NCBI RefSeq assembly: GCF_006345805.1
Contig: NC_043007.1
Location: forward strand, 26,164,001 to 26,228,000
Source of the DNA: Octopus sinensis
Lineage: Eukaryota
DNA length: 64,000 bases
Direction: 5' to 3'
Made by a program: the position numbers and the translations under genes. This document shows, in pieces, positions 1 through 15,300 of the stretch (positions are counted from its first letter, which is position 1; every line of letters starts with the position of its first letter). Below the pieces are notes generated by a model. It did not search any database. It was given only the letters and a program-made list of their open reading frames with translations, and was not told the DNA's origin.

Positions 1-3
1 GAC

Positions 4-343
4 CAGTTGCTCTTAACCAGGATCCATATGGCCCCTGAGGGTCCAACTAAGATTTTACGGGGTTCGCACAACAAAATAGTAAATTGGGGATCCACAATAA
101 TATTTTAAGGGTCCCCTGAAAATATTTTGCTTTCGATGTATGTATTGCAAGAAACAGCTAGGTTTCTTTCTCTAATATTTTACATAGTTCAACCTACATG
201 GGTTAATATGTAAAATGTAAAATAGGAATTTTAAAAGAAATGTCTATAAAACTAGTTTTTAAGCATCAAATGGCAATGGGGGTCTACCAGAATAAAATAG
301 GAATCAAAGGGGTCCATTGATAAAAAATAGTTGAGAACCCCTG
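4..343. mobile_element. hAT-like MITE
   Basis: Right end ttgagaacccctg (rc CAGGGGTTCTCAA), degenerate left end cagttgctcttaacc; right flank aattagac ends with gac as at positions 1-3 (partial 8-bp TSD). Confidence 0.6.
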
Positions 344-665
344 AATTAGACAGTTTGTTCAGAGCTGGCAAGTAGGAGAGCTGCACCAGGTTCTAACCCG
401 ATTTGGCTTGGTTTCTATGGCTGGATGCCCTCCCTTAATGCCAACCACTTTACAGAATATGTCGGGTGCTTATTATGTGGCACCAACATAGGTGCTTTTA
501 TGTGGCCCTGGCATGGAAGCTTTTTATGTGATCCAGCACGGGATTTATTATTTGTAAATCCATACCCTGTGACAGGATCTATTTGTTAATTATCTCCTTA
601 TAGTATGTAATTATTTTATGTGTTTTACATATCTTATGTTTTTGGTTCTTTTTGTTTTTTCTCAG

Positions 666-775
666 AAACGGTAAACCTGACTTACTGCGCATGCTTGTAT
701 CGGCACATGTCATGATAGACGACAGGAATAACCCCAGACAGCAAACTGCTTTGCACTTAGCTGTACAAAACCCAA
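666..775 (+). CDS. ANK-PARP exon 1 of window (NGKPDLLRMLVSAHVMIDDRNNPRQQTALHLAVQNP)
   Basis: ttttctcag acceptor, gtaag donor, ankyrin TALHLA motif. Confidence 0.9.
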
Positions 776-3700
776 GTAAGTAACCTAACCAGTGTTCATA
801 TGTGATTATATGTGTATACGGGTTGCCATTGTGGTGAGTATATGATAATTTCATCCATTAAGTGTTCCTCTTTGAAATGTTACACAAAGGAATTGAGTAA
901 TATTAAGAGAACACTAATAGTAACAGACTTTGCCAACTACTCTACTTGAAGCGAAGTAATGGTGGGCCGAGAGGTCTAACAAAAATTAATGTTCATAATC
1001 TGTGATTTTTTTTTTTTTTTTTTGCTTAAGATAAAATTTTATACTGAATGGCTGTGTGGTCAAGAAGTTTGCTTCCCAACCATATGGTTTTGAGTTTAGT
1101 CCCACTGCATGGCACTTTGGGCAAATTTCTGAAAAGCTCTATCTGTGACGATTTCATCTCATTCGAAGGAGAGGGCCTTTCTCTGTCCGGGTTGCGGATC
1201 CGTGGAATAAGCTGCCAGACGAGATAGTGAAGATGCCGACGACCACTTGGTTCAAAGTCTCTCTTGACCAGAAATGGCCTGAACTCTTTGCATGAACACC
1301 CTCCCTGTACATAACTCCATGTCCCCCTTCATGGCCATGCTTTTTGCTTTTTGAGCCAAAAAATTAACTTAACTTATTTGTGTTTGTCAGAGTCCATTTG
1401 TGACTTCTTCAATGACATACCAATCAATGTTTATTCTTCTAATTAACAAACTGCTGCAATATTTTGATATCTTTTGCCTTTCCTTTTTTTTAACAGTTCG
1501 TGATGCCGATACTTTGAGGAGAGTACATATTCTGAAAGAAGCTGGTGCCAAGGTGAATGCCGTTGATTGCGATGGCTTGACACCCCTACATTGCTCTGTG
1601 AAAAACAACTTGGGCCAGCTAGACTCTAACATTGACCTTGAAGAATTGCTGATTAAAAATAATGCTGATGTTTTTGCTAAAGACAAAAAGAATCGTTTGT
1701 CCTTGCATTATGCTTTTGGAGATATTGAAAAGTAATTTTTCATTTTCATTGTTGGTTACACTATTGTTTATTTGTTCAGCTTGTTGTTCATTTTATGTTT
1801 TTGTTAATAATTTCCTTAATTTCTTTTATAATGATAGAATTTTTATAAAATTCCCATTGGGATGTAGAATTAAAAAAGTTACATGGAGCCCTCATGTTGA
1901 TTTTCCTTATCACACCACTTGTCTCTGCTGAGTCAGTTGTGACTGAGTGTATAAAATATACATCATCATCATCATCGTTTAATGTCCGTTTTCCATGCTA
2001 GCATGGGTTGGACAGTTCGACCGGGGTCTGGGAAGCCAGGAGGCTGCACCAGGCTCCAGTCTGATCTGGCAGTGTTCCTACAGTTGGATACCCTCCCTAA
2101 TGCCAACCACTCCATGAGTGTAGTGAGTGCTTTTTTCGTGCCACTGGCACAGGTGCCAGGTGAGGCTGGCAACGGCCACGATCGGTTGGTGCTTTTTACG
2201 TGCCACCGGCACAGAGGCCATTCGAGGTGAAACTGGCAACGGCCACGTTTGGATGTTTGTTTGTTTTTTTTTGTAGAAAAATTGATGCAAAGCAGATCTT
2301 GTGTAGTTAAAAAATTCGCTTCACAATCACATGGTTCTGGGTTCGTTTCCAATGCATGGCAGCGTGGACAAATGTCTTCCGTCATAGCTTCAAACCGACC
2401 AATGTTTTTCTGTGTGGTATTTGAAATTGAATACTGTAACGAAGCTCATTAATGCCTGTGATGACACTGGTGCCAAACTGTATTGGCTTTGTCTTTCTCT
2501 TGGTCTTGGGCATCGTCAGTGGTCTGAAGAGGAGAAATTTGGGATCTTTTCGGTTTGAACGGCAGTTTTTTCTAGTGGTGTCATATGAAATTGTCACCCA
2601 TAATTATGACCCTAGTATCGATCTATTGCATTTCAATCTGTTTTAGGGTTAGGGGTGGGGGGAAGGGTATCTTTTTTTCTTCAGAAATGTAAATAAACCC
2701 AATCTGTTTCTTAAACAAGGGACATATTCATACGGCGCAGAATGTTTTCACCTCTATAGACGTCATTGATTGGTTGAAATTGCAGAAATTGAAGGAAAAA
2801 ACACAAATATCTTACAAACTATAGAATTTTCTCAATAAAGCCAAGAGAAAAGGATGTTTTATAAACACATTCTACCAGTATACGAAGTTTAAAAGTGTTT
2901 AGTTACGTGGAAATTATTTTAAAAAACTGTCGTTCAAACCAAAAAGATCCGAAATTTGCATGCATGAGCAAGTCTTAGTCTCCTACAAAATATCTTGCCC
3001 AGACATATACCTCATAGAATAGCTTTCCTAGTCATCCGTGACAGAAGGGGGCCTTAGAGGATATATCACATGGGAAATGTCATGGAGCAATTTTAACATA
3101 ATCATATTGTTAGAATTCTCTGAAGTTTGTTTTTGCCATTACTAATCAAGCGTAATTCTAATTTATATATTTCGATTCATTTTTCACAGACCAGTGTACA
3201 CCACAGCAGAACCAATTGAACTTGTCCAGTTGTTGACTTCAGCTATGAGATATTCTCAAATTGATCTTACTGATTTTTTTGGCCAGACACCACTCCATCG
3301 TGCCGCATGCCGAGGAGCAACCATTTGTTGTCGACATTTAGTCAAGGTACTACTTTTAACCTTTTTTTTTTGTATTTTTTAAAAGATATTTTGAGTAAAT
3401 TATCACTTCTGAAGAATCTTTTATAATTTATAACATTTTGTAATCATCATCGTTTAACATCCGTTTTCCATGCTAGCATGGGTTGGACGGTTCAACTGGG
3501 GTCTGGGAAGCCAGAAAGCTGCGCCAGGCCCAGTCTGATCTGGCATTATAATTTATCCGTCTCAAAACAAACCGATAGAAATCTCTAAAAAAATCCGTTA
3601 TTACCGTATTGGTCCCAATTTCCCCCTCTTCAGCGATAAATACATGAGATATAAGTGAAGTACTTACTCATACCCATGGAAAAAGCAAGCACTAAGTCCT

Positions 3701-6700
3701 GAGCAGACCTAAGTACCCCAAATATATCCAAAATAGAAAATCTTCGGCACATCTCGAGACACGTGTGATTCAAACAAGAAACTTTCACAGAGTGAGAGAA
3801 TCCGGAAGTGAACACTATTAAATTTATAACTAATCTCTTATTATAAAAGGCAGATTTTATCTGCCTCCCTTTGGGAGTTATACAAATCTACAATATAGGA
3901 TTTCTTCAATTACAATTTACCTAGCATTTTTGAGAGTACAATGCATCCCATCCCGTCATACCAGGTCCAGTTTTTAAAATTTAAACTCCAATTAAGCAAA
4001 ATTTTACAGAAAACTCACATTCTGGTGTGTGTGTCAAATGCTTTTCTTAGTCTGGTTTACAAACCACACACGCAACGCACACACACAGTGGGCAAGGAAT
4101 AAAATGAAAGTAATTCACTTACTGTAGTGAGTGATTCTTTCACTCTGCCTCCCACTTCCTCTTTACACACATAGAAAAAACTTTTATTTTTTTACATAAG
4201 TAATGAGAGCGAAAGAGACTAAGAGAAAGCGATTGTATGACGAGGGAAGTTCCTTTGAAGTTACCGTTACCGTGCATGGGACTCATTGATGTACATTGTG
4301 TGTGTGTGTTTGATGGAGTGTGGGAGACAGACAGTATGTTGTGTAAGTGAAGTGCTTCTGTTAGTGTGTGTGAAGAGACAGAGAGAGTAATGTGTGAAAG
4401 AGAGAGATAACTGAAATTTTTTTACTCGGTTTATGTGTATATGTATGCATGTATGTGTGTGTGTGTGTGTGTGTGTATGTATTGTGTGTGTATGTATTTA
4501 TATATAAAAGAGGTTTGTTGTGTCTGTCTACTCCGATTTAGATTCAACTACTCCCACATTTTGCGATGCAGTTTAACCAAAACCGGGTATCTTATATAGT
4601 CGTGATTCATATCGAGCCCTTCTGGGTATTAGCGCGCGTCTACGATAGTCTATGATTTTACAAATAATTTACTCATTTTTTTTCCATTTTAATGCATATT
4701 TTTAAAAATAAACGGAAGTAACTCTCAAACTTCACACTAATATGCGTGCTCATATGCGACGTAATATCACATCACCAGCATTTCCTCCTCACACCCTCCT
4801 TGCACTTGGCGAAGGCAAATACCAGGGGATGAAAATGGTAATATTGCCATCGATTCCATTTGTACCATTGTTAAGACGCCTTCTGATCTCAGAGATGCAG
4901 TGTTCCCAGATTTACAAGCTAATTATCAGAATATGGATGGATTGGCAAAAAGGCTATACTGGCCCCGAGGAATAAAACTGTTCACCATATTATGATGAAA
5001 TGCTAAAACTCATTCCTGGGAAGTCGATGTATATCAGTCTATCGATACAACTACAACTTCTGACCCAGAGGACGTCATCAACTATCCAATAGAGGTACTC
5101 AATTCCTTTGAGCACCCCGGACTACCACCACACTTTCTCAACTTAAAGTTAGTGCCCCTATAATGCTCATCAGAAATTTGGTTCCCCCAAAACAATGCAA
5201 TGGCACACGTTTGGCGTTAAGTCCTTATCTCCCCCACCGTAAGCTTATTTCAATATTTGCCTGAATAATCATCATAATTCAGTGCAATCATTAACAGTAC
5301 TTTCAAGCAATTCAGCCCCGAGCAACGCCGGGCAATTCTGCTAGTGTAGGATAAAAATTTTTTTGAGAAAAAAAAAAAATATATATATATATATGTACAC
5401 ACAAATTTTTGTACAGTTTCCATCTACCAGATTTCTCTTATGAGGCATCAGATACTCTGAAGCTACAGTAGGAGGCATTTGCAAAAAGTGCCATGCAATG
5501 GAATCAAACATGAAACATGGTTGTGAAACCATGCCCTCACTTGTTATTGAAATCTAAAATTCATTTTATAATGCTGCTTTTTATTAGAGAAAAAATTTTA
5601 GTTTTTGCTTTGCCTCTTACTGGGCTGTTTGGTGCATATTATTGGAATATTCATCATCTTCTAACATCCATTTTCCATGCTAGCATGGGTTGGGTACCTT
5701 GACAGGAACTGGCAAGGCCATGGGTTGCACCATAGTTGGGCTTGGCTTGATTTCTAAAGTTGGATGCCCTTCCTAATGCCAACCACTTTACAGAGTGTAC
5801 TGAGTACTTATTATTTTTAGGAATTTATTTCTTTTCATAGAAAATTTTTATCTCTAGCAATGAGGTTAATCATTGGAAAATTTGCATACAATATTGTTCA
5901 ATAATTGTTAAACACATTAAGGACTTAGATATATGTCATAAGTAGGGAAGGTTTAAAAGTTTGGCGGGATTGAGTTTTGTATATTTAATCTTGGACTGAT
6001 TTTTCTATAATATATTATTATTTTCTGGTTTGTTAACATTTTATCTAAAACCCTCAACTTCTGTGAAACTCCCAGCTTATAATCCCGTTTCTGTTGAAGG
6101 TGGAATTTATAAACTTTTGTAAAGTAATATAAACCATTACCTCCTTTCATTTTTGGAGAACCAACTATTTCATACTGGTTTTTACTTACAATTTGTATTT
6201 GATAAATTCTACCCTTGGCAGAGAAGTGAAATTTTTTTTTTTTCATTGTGATAAAACTATGTTGTTTATGGAGCTGTGGGATTTCAGCTTTTCTTTTTCA
6301 TTTCCTATCTCAGTTGTGATGTTTTTGTCTTTATATTTCAGTTGTGACTTTCACTTCTAAAATACTATTCTTGTCCCCTTTTTTCCAGTTACATGCTGAT
6401 ATTAATCGGAAGGACAATTCTGGAAACACACCGCTTGCTTACGCAGTCCGTCATCATCATGACAGGTTCGTACCTTTCATGTGTGCACTGTCTTGGTTGA
6501 TAGTTCTTTGTAGAGCAACATTATTAGCTGTATCTCTCAATTAAAACCATTGTAATTTCAAAATAATATATACAAGTGCAGGCATGGTTGCATGGTATCT
6601 TTTACTATAGCCCTGGGTCAACCAAAGGCATGTGAATGAATTTAGTAGCTGGAAACTGAATGAAGCATGCATATAATATGTATGTGTGGATATATATATA

Positions 6701-6712
6701 TATATATTATAT

Positions 6713-6763
<51 letters not shown>

Positions 6764-7277
6764 ATATTATATATATATATATTATATTATATATATATAT
6801 ATTATATATATATATATTATATATATATATTATATATATATATTATATATATATATTATATATATATAATGTCTGCCTTCTATGCTGGCATGGGTTGGAT
6901 GGTTTGACTGAGAACAGGCAAGCCAGAAGGCTGTACCAGGCTCCAATCTGATTTGGCAAGGTTTCTACAGATGGATGCCCTTCCTAATGCCAACCACTCT
7001 GAAAGTGTAGTGGGTGCTTTTTACGTGCCACCGACATGAGGGCCAGTTAGGCGGCACTGGCACCAAACATGCTTGAATGGTGCCTTTTACATTCTACTGG
7101 TACAGGAGCCAGTGAGGCAACACTGGTAACAATCACTGGTACTTAGTTTATCGACTCTGAAAGGCTGAAAGACAAAGTCAACCTTGGCAGAATTTGAACT
7201 CAAAACATGAAGACAGACGAAAATGCTGCGAGGCATTTTTCCCAGTGTACAACCAATCCTGCCTCTTCACCTTTATT

Positions 7278-7309
<32 letters not shown>

Positions 7310-9263
7310 AATAATAATATCCTCATCATAAAAAAACATTCTCACGGAATGCTTTGTGCCTGACTTGTTTATATTGATAGCAGCAATAAGGTTGTTTATA
7401 TTGCCTTTTATTTTTGTAATGTTGTTTTGTTATTCTGTTGTTGTTGTTTGAATTGATGAAAGCTCTCGTTTAAACTCCTTCTAGTTGTGCACTCATCCTC
7501 TTGCAAATGGGAGCAAATGTCAAAGACAATGTGATAATTCCACCTGTTCCCAAGAATATGATTTATGAAGCCGACAAGAAACGTAAGCCGATTTGGAAGT
7601 GGCAACCCATCAGAAACATGGCCAAGAGGCCCCAGAAACATGAACACTCTATTTTCCAGGTATGTCTCAAATATTTATGGATCTTTTCATCAGTTACTGT
7701 TTAACCCCAGGTCGGACCTGATCAAGTAAACCTTTGATTGAACAGGATTCTAGCTGTGACCATTCTGTCTTTCTTCAGCTACATTACATTTATTTTAAGA
7801 CAGCAGAGTGTGATTTGTAGGAATTGTGGCTGCTATTTCTAGCTTGTTGAATGACTGATATAGTAATATATACAGTGGCGTAGCTAGAGTAAACCGTGCC
7901 TAGAGCAAGCCGCAAAAATGCACCCCAACCTCTATTACAAAAATCATATTATATAGTACTTATTTGTTATAAGTAATGTTTTAAAACAATATTTTAGGAA
8001 TAAATACTTTACCAGGGTTCATTTACCTGCTGGTTCGCTATAGCCTGTAATTCAAAATATATTCTTTGAATGTTTACTTTCTTGAAGCCTCCTTATTTTA
8101 ACCATTTAATGCATCAGCATTTTGACCGACATGCTAACGTTTCTGCCAGCTCGCTGCCTTAATTAGAGAAGATATTCTTTTCTACTCTAGGCACAAGGTA
8201 CAGAATTTTTGGGGAGTGGGGCAGTCGATTAGATCAACCCCAGTATACAACTGGTACTTAAATTTATCGACCCTGAAAGGATAAAAGGCAAAGTCGACCT
8301 CGGTGGAATTTGATCTCAGAATGTAAAGACAGATGAAATGCCGTTGAGCATTTTGCCCGACATACTAACATTTCTGCCAGCTTCACAGTTACAAAATAAT
8401 GCATGATGAATTCAAACCAATCATCATCATCATCATCATTTAGCATCCGTTTTCCATGCTAGCATGGGTTGGACGGTTCAACTGGGGTCTGTGAAGCCAG
8501 AAGGCTGCATCAGGCCCAGTCTGATCTGGCATTGTTTCTACGGCTGGATGCCCTTCCTAACGCCAACCACTCCGCGAGTGTAGTGGGTGCTTTTTACGTG
8601 CCAGACGGAGCTGGCAAACGGCCACGAACGGATGTGAATAAAAAAGCTTTACTTTTGACAGAGTTATGTGATTGCTAAAGGCTTGAATACTGCATTATTT
8701 ATGTAACACTGTTCATATTCATGCATAGCCAAGCAATATTAATATTTAAATTGTGATTTTAAAACCTCCTTTTTTTTCTTTCATTTTTCTCTCATCAGGA
8801 AGCCATTGGGTCAGAACTTCAAAATGTTGCATACATGATGTTAGAATCAACTGCAATGGACCTGAAGAGTGGTATTGAGGTAAGAATTAACACCATGTAA
8901 CTTTATACACTTGTAGAACTTACAGCTTAAAGTCTTATATATATATATATAATATATATATATATATCACGTGACCGACCAGACCATCAGATGTTGTTAC
9001 ACATCGCTGGTCACAATGCGTTCGCATTGTTTTAGCCTTCGAATGACGCCACTCCGCTGGCTAAGCGAGCAGGCCAACAGAAGAAAGAGTGGGAGAAAGA
9101 GTGGTGTATATGAGTACAGCAGGGATCACCACACCCTGCCGGAGCCTCGTGGAGCTTTTAGGTGTTTTCGCTCAATAAACACTCACAACGCCCGGTCTGG
9201 GAATTGAAACTGCAATCCTACGACCGTGAGTTCGCTGCCCTGACCACTGTGCCATTGCGCCTC

Positions 9264-9305
<42 letters not shown>

Positions 9306-12300
9306 GACTTTTATTGAGTCTGGGCCACTTTATACTCTTTTATACCATTCCACTTACTATAATAATGATAATAATAATAATAAATACCAATAATAATAAA
9401 AGGATGAAAGGCAAAGTTGACCTTGGAGGAATTTGAACTCAGATGGGCAGAATACTGCTAAGCATTTCAGCCAGTGTGTTAACGAATCTGCCAACTCATT
9501 GCCTTAATAATAATGATAATACTAATAATAATAATTTCTATTATAGGCAAAAGGCCTGACATTTATTTTATTTATACATATGTTTGTAATGGTCACATTG
9601 ACTCTCCCATGATACAATTCATTTACTTTGAACACAATGTTTTCAAATTAAATCACTTGTATAACAAGTGTCATACAGTTTTTATATTATTTACTTTTGA
9701 TGTGTATTCTTGCTCTTTAATTTAATAATATAACATATACAAATTACAGAGATGTACTTGCATAGCAAGTGATTTGATCTGAGATCGTGTGCTGAAATGA
9801 GATGCAGCACGGATTTTTGTCAGTGAACAGGTCGCGGTCTTAAAGCGACGAAAATATTTTGACAAATTAAACTTAAATGTTGAAGTGAATCGAATGGCTT
9901 TTGTGTGTTTCTTAAATGGTTTACAAATACCTTCCACGCTGCAACATATACAAAGTCCACTTCAAATGCATGAATGTCTGTTTTTCATAAACACCCATGT
10001 AAGGTACCATGTGTTTGTGTACCTCTGCATATATTTAATCTTTGATCATCAAATTTTATGATATAACACACAGTGTGTGTGTATGTGCTTTCTGTTATAA
10101 TTATAAAAATAAAGACCATTTTTTTCTCTTTCCCTTCTCTTACTTTAGGCTGCTCTAAATGTTAGCAAGTACAACGTTGCCCTCCGTCTCATCAAAAAAG
10201 TACATGATATTTCCAAATTGCAAAGCAGTAATTCTGATGGCCGAAATTTGTTCCATATTTTGGCTCTTCGCACCATTCCTGGTCAGCAGACCCAACTGCA
10301 GCTTAAGGTAATTTTTTTTTACTAATACTTTGTGTGCACCCTACATAACAATTACTCCTCTAACTTCCTGCAATATATTTTTGAAGTTACCCTTAACATT
10401 TCTAGCCCTGGTGATTCTGTTCCTGGTTATTACTCACACATTCTTTTCTACCAATCCAGTTACTCTCTTTACTCTTTTACTTGTTTCAGTCATTTGACTG
10501 CGGCCATGCTGGAGCACCACCTTTAGTCGAGTAAATCGACCCCGGGACTTATTCTTTGTAAGCCCAGTACTTATTCTATCGGTGTCTTTTGCCGAACTGC
10601 TAAGTGATGGGGACGTAAACACACAAGCATCGGTTGTCAAGCAATGCTAGGGGGACAAACACAGACACACAAACACACACACGTATATATATATATATAT
10701 ATATACGACAGGCTTCTTTCAGTTTCCATCTACCAAATCAACTCACAAGGCATTGGTCGGCCCGGGGCTATAGCAGAAGACACTTGCCCAAGATGCCACG
10801 CAGTGGGACTGAACCTGGAACCATGTGGTTGGTTAGCAAGCTACTTACCACACAGCCACTCCTGCGTTAATGAATTTTTAATATAAACCAAACAAAAGAA
10901 CATTTCGTTTTTGGATTTGGTTTGCAAGGTTCTTTATATGAGTTCGTGTGTTGAAGCATATCCTGTTGTGTTTGAGGAGAGTCATTTTCTCTTTGTGCCT
11001 TATAATGTAACAAAACTCATCGGTAAAATTTCCACTTATTTTTTATTTTTCCTAAAATTTTCATTGCGTCTTGCAACCTTTTCAATAGTCTTGAGTCAAG
11101 ACTATCGAGCCAAGAAATAAGTGGAAATTTTACCGGTGAGTGTGTTTCATTATAAGGCACAAAAAGAAAATGACTCTCCCCAGACACAACCAAACAAAAG
11201 AAAGTTTGCAGTAAATTCTGTGAAACTTGTTTTAGAAAACTGAATGATCACGAGTCAAAAACAAGGTCAAAATTTAGCATTGTGATTAAAGCTGAAACAT
11301 ATCTACAGGACATAAGAATATTAGGAATGAAATTGTTTGCCTTTCATCAGTTCCCATGAATTGAATTATACATGGCATCACTACATTGTTCTCTGCATAT
11401 TTAAAAGACATGATAAAGAAAGCAAAATGGTAGAGAAGCATATGTAAAGCGCTCATAGATTTGGCTGATACAAATAAACAAGTGTACTGTACAAACAACA
11501 ATACATTAGGTCTGCTTTAGATTAAGCAAGTCCTGTCTGGTATATCGTGCATGGGTTTGTTGTTTTGTGTGTGTGTGTATACACAGACACACAAACATAT
11601 AAACACACATATATATACGTATATGATGGGCTTCTTCCAGTTTCTGTCTACCAAATCCACTCACAAGGCTTTGGTCGGCCTGGGGCTATAGTAGAAGACT
11701 CTTGCCTACGGTGCCACACAGTGGGACTGAACCCGGAACCATGTGGTTGCTAAGCAAGCTACTTACCACATAGCCACTCCTGCGCCTATCATTTCATTGT
11801 TTTCATTTTATATTTTTGCAGATTGCCGAAATGATGCATGAGAAAAGGGTTTCCTTAAATGACATTGATATGTATGGATGCACTCCTCTCATGTATGCTG
11901 CTTTGCTGCACCAGCCATTCCAACTAGGACAGTTCATGTCAAGTAAGTAATTGACTCTTCAACATTCACATTAGTCTGTGTCAAATGTAACACTTATTTA
12001 TTCATATTGTTAATTTATCACGTGTTATCTTGCAGTTTCGAGATTTCAATGATGATTGTTTACGTTTAGAATGACATTGTAGGTAGGTCTGAGAGGCCAG
12101 ATCTGTGCATTTTGAAATTAGAATAGCTAAAATATTTTGGGCTAGTTTAACCCTTTCGATACCAACCTGGTTGAAACCACCTCTGGCTCTGTAATACAAA
12201 TGTCTTGTTTTCATTAAGTTCTGAATTAAAATCTTCCATGAAACTTTAGTCACAGTTTATGTGCTTAACACTAGCTTAATAATAACTAAGCTATTTTAAT

Positions 12301-15300
12301 AAATTCTTTGTTATATTTAAGATTAATTGAAAGAAACACAGAGCATCTCAAAAGAAATATTGTAATGAAAGGGCTAAATGCTAAAGGGTTAATTAATTTG
12401 TCAAAGGTTAGTTTCTAGTTTGGTATTTGTAATGAGTGTGTGGGATGGCCAAGTGGATTGTGTACTGGGAAAACAGCTAAACAAGGAGTCGGCAGTTCAT
12501 ATCCTGTCAGTGGTAGTGTGTGGTTGTATTTGTTTGTATAGCTAAGAGACTTACACATGTTCTCAGGAGAACCTTAATTTTGTGAATGAAATTTGGTTGA
12601 TAGAAACATGTTCATCATTCTAATTTAGCACCATCACTTTGGGTGCTTTTGGGCATATTTAATGGCATCCACTGTGTTGCAAGCATTCAGGAAATGTTTC
12701 TGCTCTGAGGATAATTTTTCTCTCACCAGTTTCAGAGGCCCTGAAAAGGGTCATGTGTGCTACCTCCTTTTCTTTGGCCATTAAAAGAAAAAAAAAATGG
12801 CTATTTATTCATTTATCCTTTCACTGTTGTCATTCCTTGGACTCTAAATCTTGTTATCTTCCAAGACTTTTTAGTCATATCATATCAGACAGTTTAACAT
12901 CCATTTTCCCATGTTTGCATGAGTTAGAACTGGAATTTGTTGAAGTAGATTTTCTACAACCAGATTCCCTTCCTATTGTCAACTTGTTTTCAGGCAAGGT
13001 AATATTTCCCTGTGGCTGATCATATTTTTCATAGAAAACTGGAAAAGAAATAACCTTCTATGTATGACAAACATGGTTCTGTGCTAGCAGGGTGCAAAGA
13101 GCACCATACGAGCGTGATATTGACAGAGCGGCTAACCGGCTTCCATGCCAGTGGCACTTAAAGAGCACCATTCGAGCGTGATCGTTACCAGCGTCGCCTT
13201 ACTGGCACTTGTGCCCGTGCTAGTAGGGTGCCAAGAGCACTATCCTGGCACCTGTGCTGGTGGCATGTGTAAAAGGATTCGAGCGAGGTCATTGCCAGTG
13301 CCGCCTGACTGGCCCCCATGCCGGTGGCACGTAAAAGGCACCCACTACACTCTGGTTGACGTTAGGAAGGGTATCCAGCTGTAGAAACTCTGCCAAATCA
13401 AGATTGGAGCCTGGTGCAGCCATCTGGTTCGCCAGCCCTCAGTCAAAATCTTCCAACCCATGCTAGCATGGAAAGCGGACGTTAACCGATGATGATGATG
13501 ATGAGCATTTGCCTAAGGTGCTGTGCAATGGGAATGAACCGAAGACCACATAGCCTCCTGTAATTTGTCTGGTACTTATTTTATCAATTTCTGTTACTCA
13601 CCTGAGAATATCTTAGAGGTTAATTCATAAGCAATGGTCTATTAAACTTTTTGTTGTTTCTTATTAGGCAAAAATTCTCAACTTGATATCAAACACAAAG
13701 ACCGATACGGACGTGATGTCATGGCAGCTTTCTTTTGGAACTACGATAAAGTCAGTGACATCAATAATGAAGCGAGGTATGTTTAAATTGCTGTTTTACA
13801 TATACAAAAAAAATTCTCTTTTAACTTGGCTAATTATAATTTTTGAGACTATTAATTATCTGAAGGAATGAAAAAATTTCCATTATTTATACCTATGCAA
13901 TGAGTTGATCAATACACACATTAATATCCTATTCCTATTGATAAAAATGTTGTTCTTGGTTAAGAACTAAATCCAGTCCGTTTCTTCTATGTATTTAGGA
14001 ATGAGGCACCATATACTCAACAGTTAAATTGATCAAAATATAAGTGCAGATTGGGGAATGTATATTATGTTGCAATATATATGCGTAGTTTGAATGAAGC
14101 ATTACCTGATAAATGTATGTTTTTGGGTTTTTTTTTTCTTAAGCCAAATCAATGCAAATTATTTGAAATAATACAAGTTGATGGTTTGTACTTTTGTCTT
14201 GTACTTCAATATTTCAGTTATCTTCTCTAAATAAGGCAGTGAGCTGGCAGAATCATTGGCACGGTGGGCAAAATACTTGGTGGCATTTTGTCTGTCTTTA
14301 TGCTCTGAGTTCGAATCTACTGGGGGTCAACTTTGCCTTTCATTCTTCCAGGATCAATAAAATAATTACCAGTTGATGTAATCGACTTGTCTCTCTTTGC
14401 CCCAAATTACTGGCCTTGTGCCAAAATTTAAAACCAATATTCTTCTCTAAATATTTACTGAAAATGGGGGTCGTAATTCTGAAATATTGAAATACAAAAT
14501 AAAAGTATTTCTTATAACCTGCATGTTTTGGTTTAAAAAAATAAAAATGCAGACGTGTGTGTGTGTGTTTTTTTTTTTCCAACCAGGCTATCAGATGTTG
14601 CTACACATCGCTGGTCTCAATGTGCTTTGCATTGTGTTAGGCTTCAAATGACGCCACCCCGCTGGCCAAGTGAGCAGGCCAACAGAAGAAAGAGTGAGAG
14701 AACGTTGTGGCGAAAGAGTACAGCAGGGATTGCTTCCACCCCCTGCCGGAGCCTCGTGGAGCTTTCCGGTGTTTTCGCTCAATAAACATTCACAATACCC
14801 GGTCTGGAAATCAAAACCATATTCCTACGACCGCAAGCCCGCTGGTCTAAGTACTGGGCCATTTCGCCTCCACGTGTGTTAGTATGTGTGTGTGTGTGTA
14901 TATATATTCTGAAAATGAGGTTAATTCATCTCTTTTTGCTAATAAAATTTAATATAGAAATGAATAAAAACCATTTAAAAAAATTTCTTTCTGTTAAAAT
15001 CCTTCCTTTTCCACAACCTAATTTATGTTTTCCTCTCCTGTTCTTGTTTCATCACTTCTAGGGAATGGTTAACAATGTTGATGAAGCTTGGCGCTTCGCT
15101 TGATATTTTGTTTGACCTACCTCCACCTCACCATCTTCTGTTTGGAGAACAAATCAATTTTGAAAGGACCAACTATTTCAGCCGCTGTGATGGCCCACTC
15201 ATCACACCTCTCATTTTTGCCATTTGCTCCTACAATAACAATCTAGTTAGGTATCTCTTGAAAAACGGAGCTTCTCCAAACTTTGCTGATGAAAAAGGTT

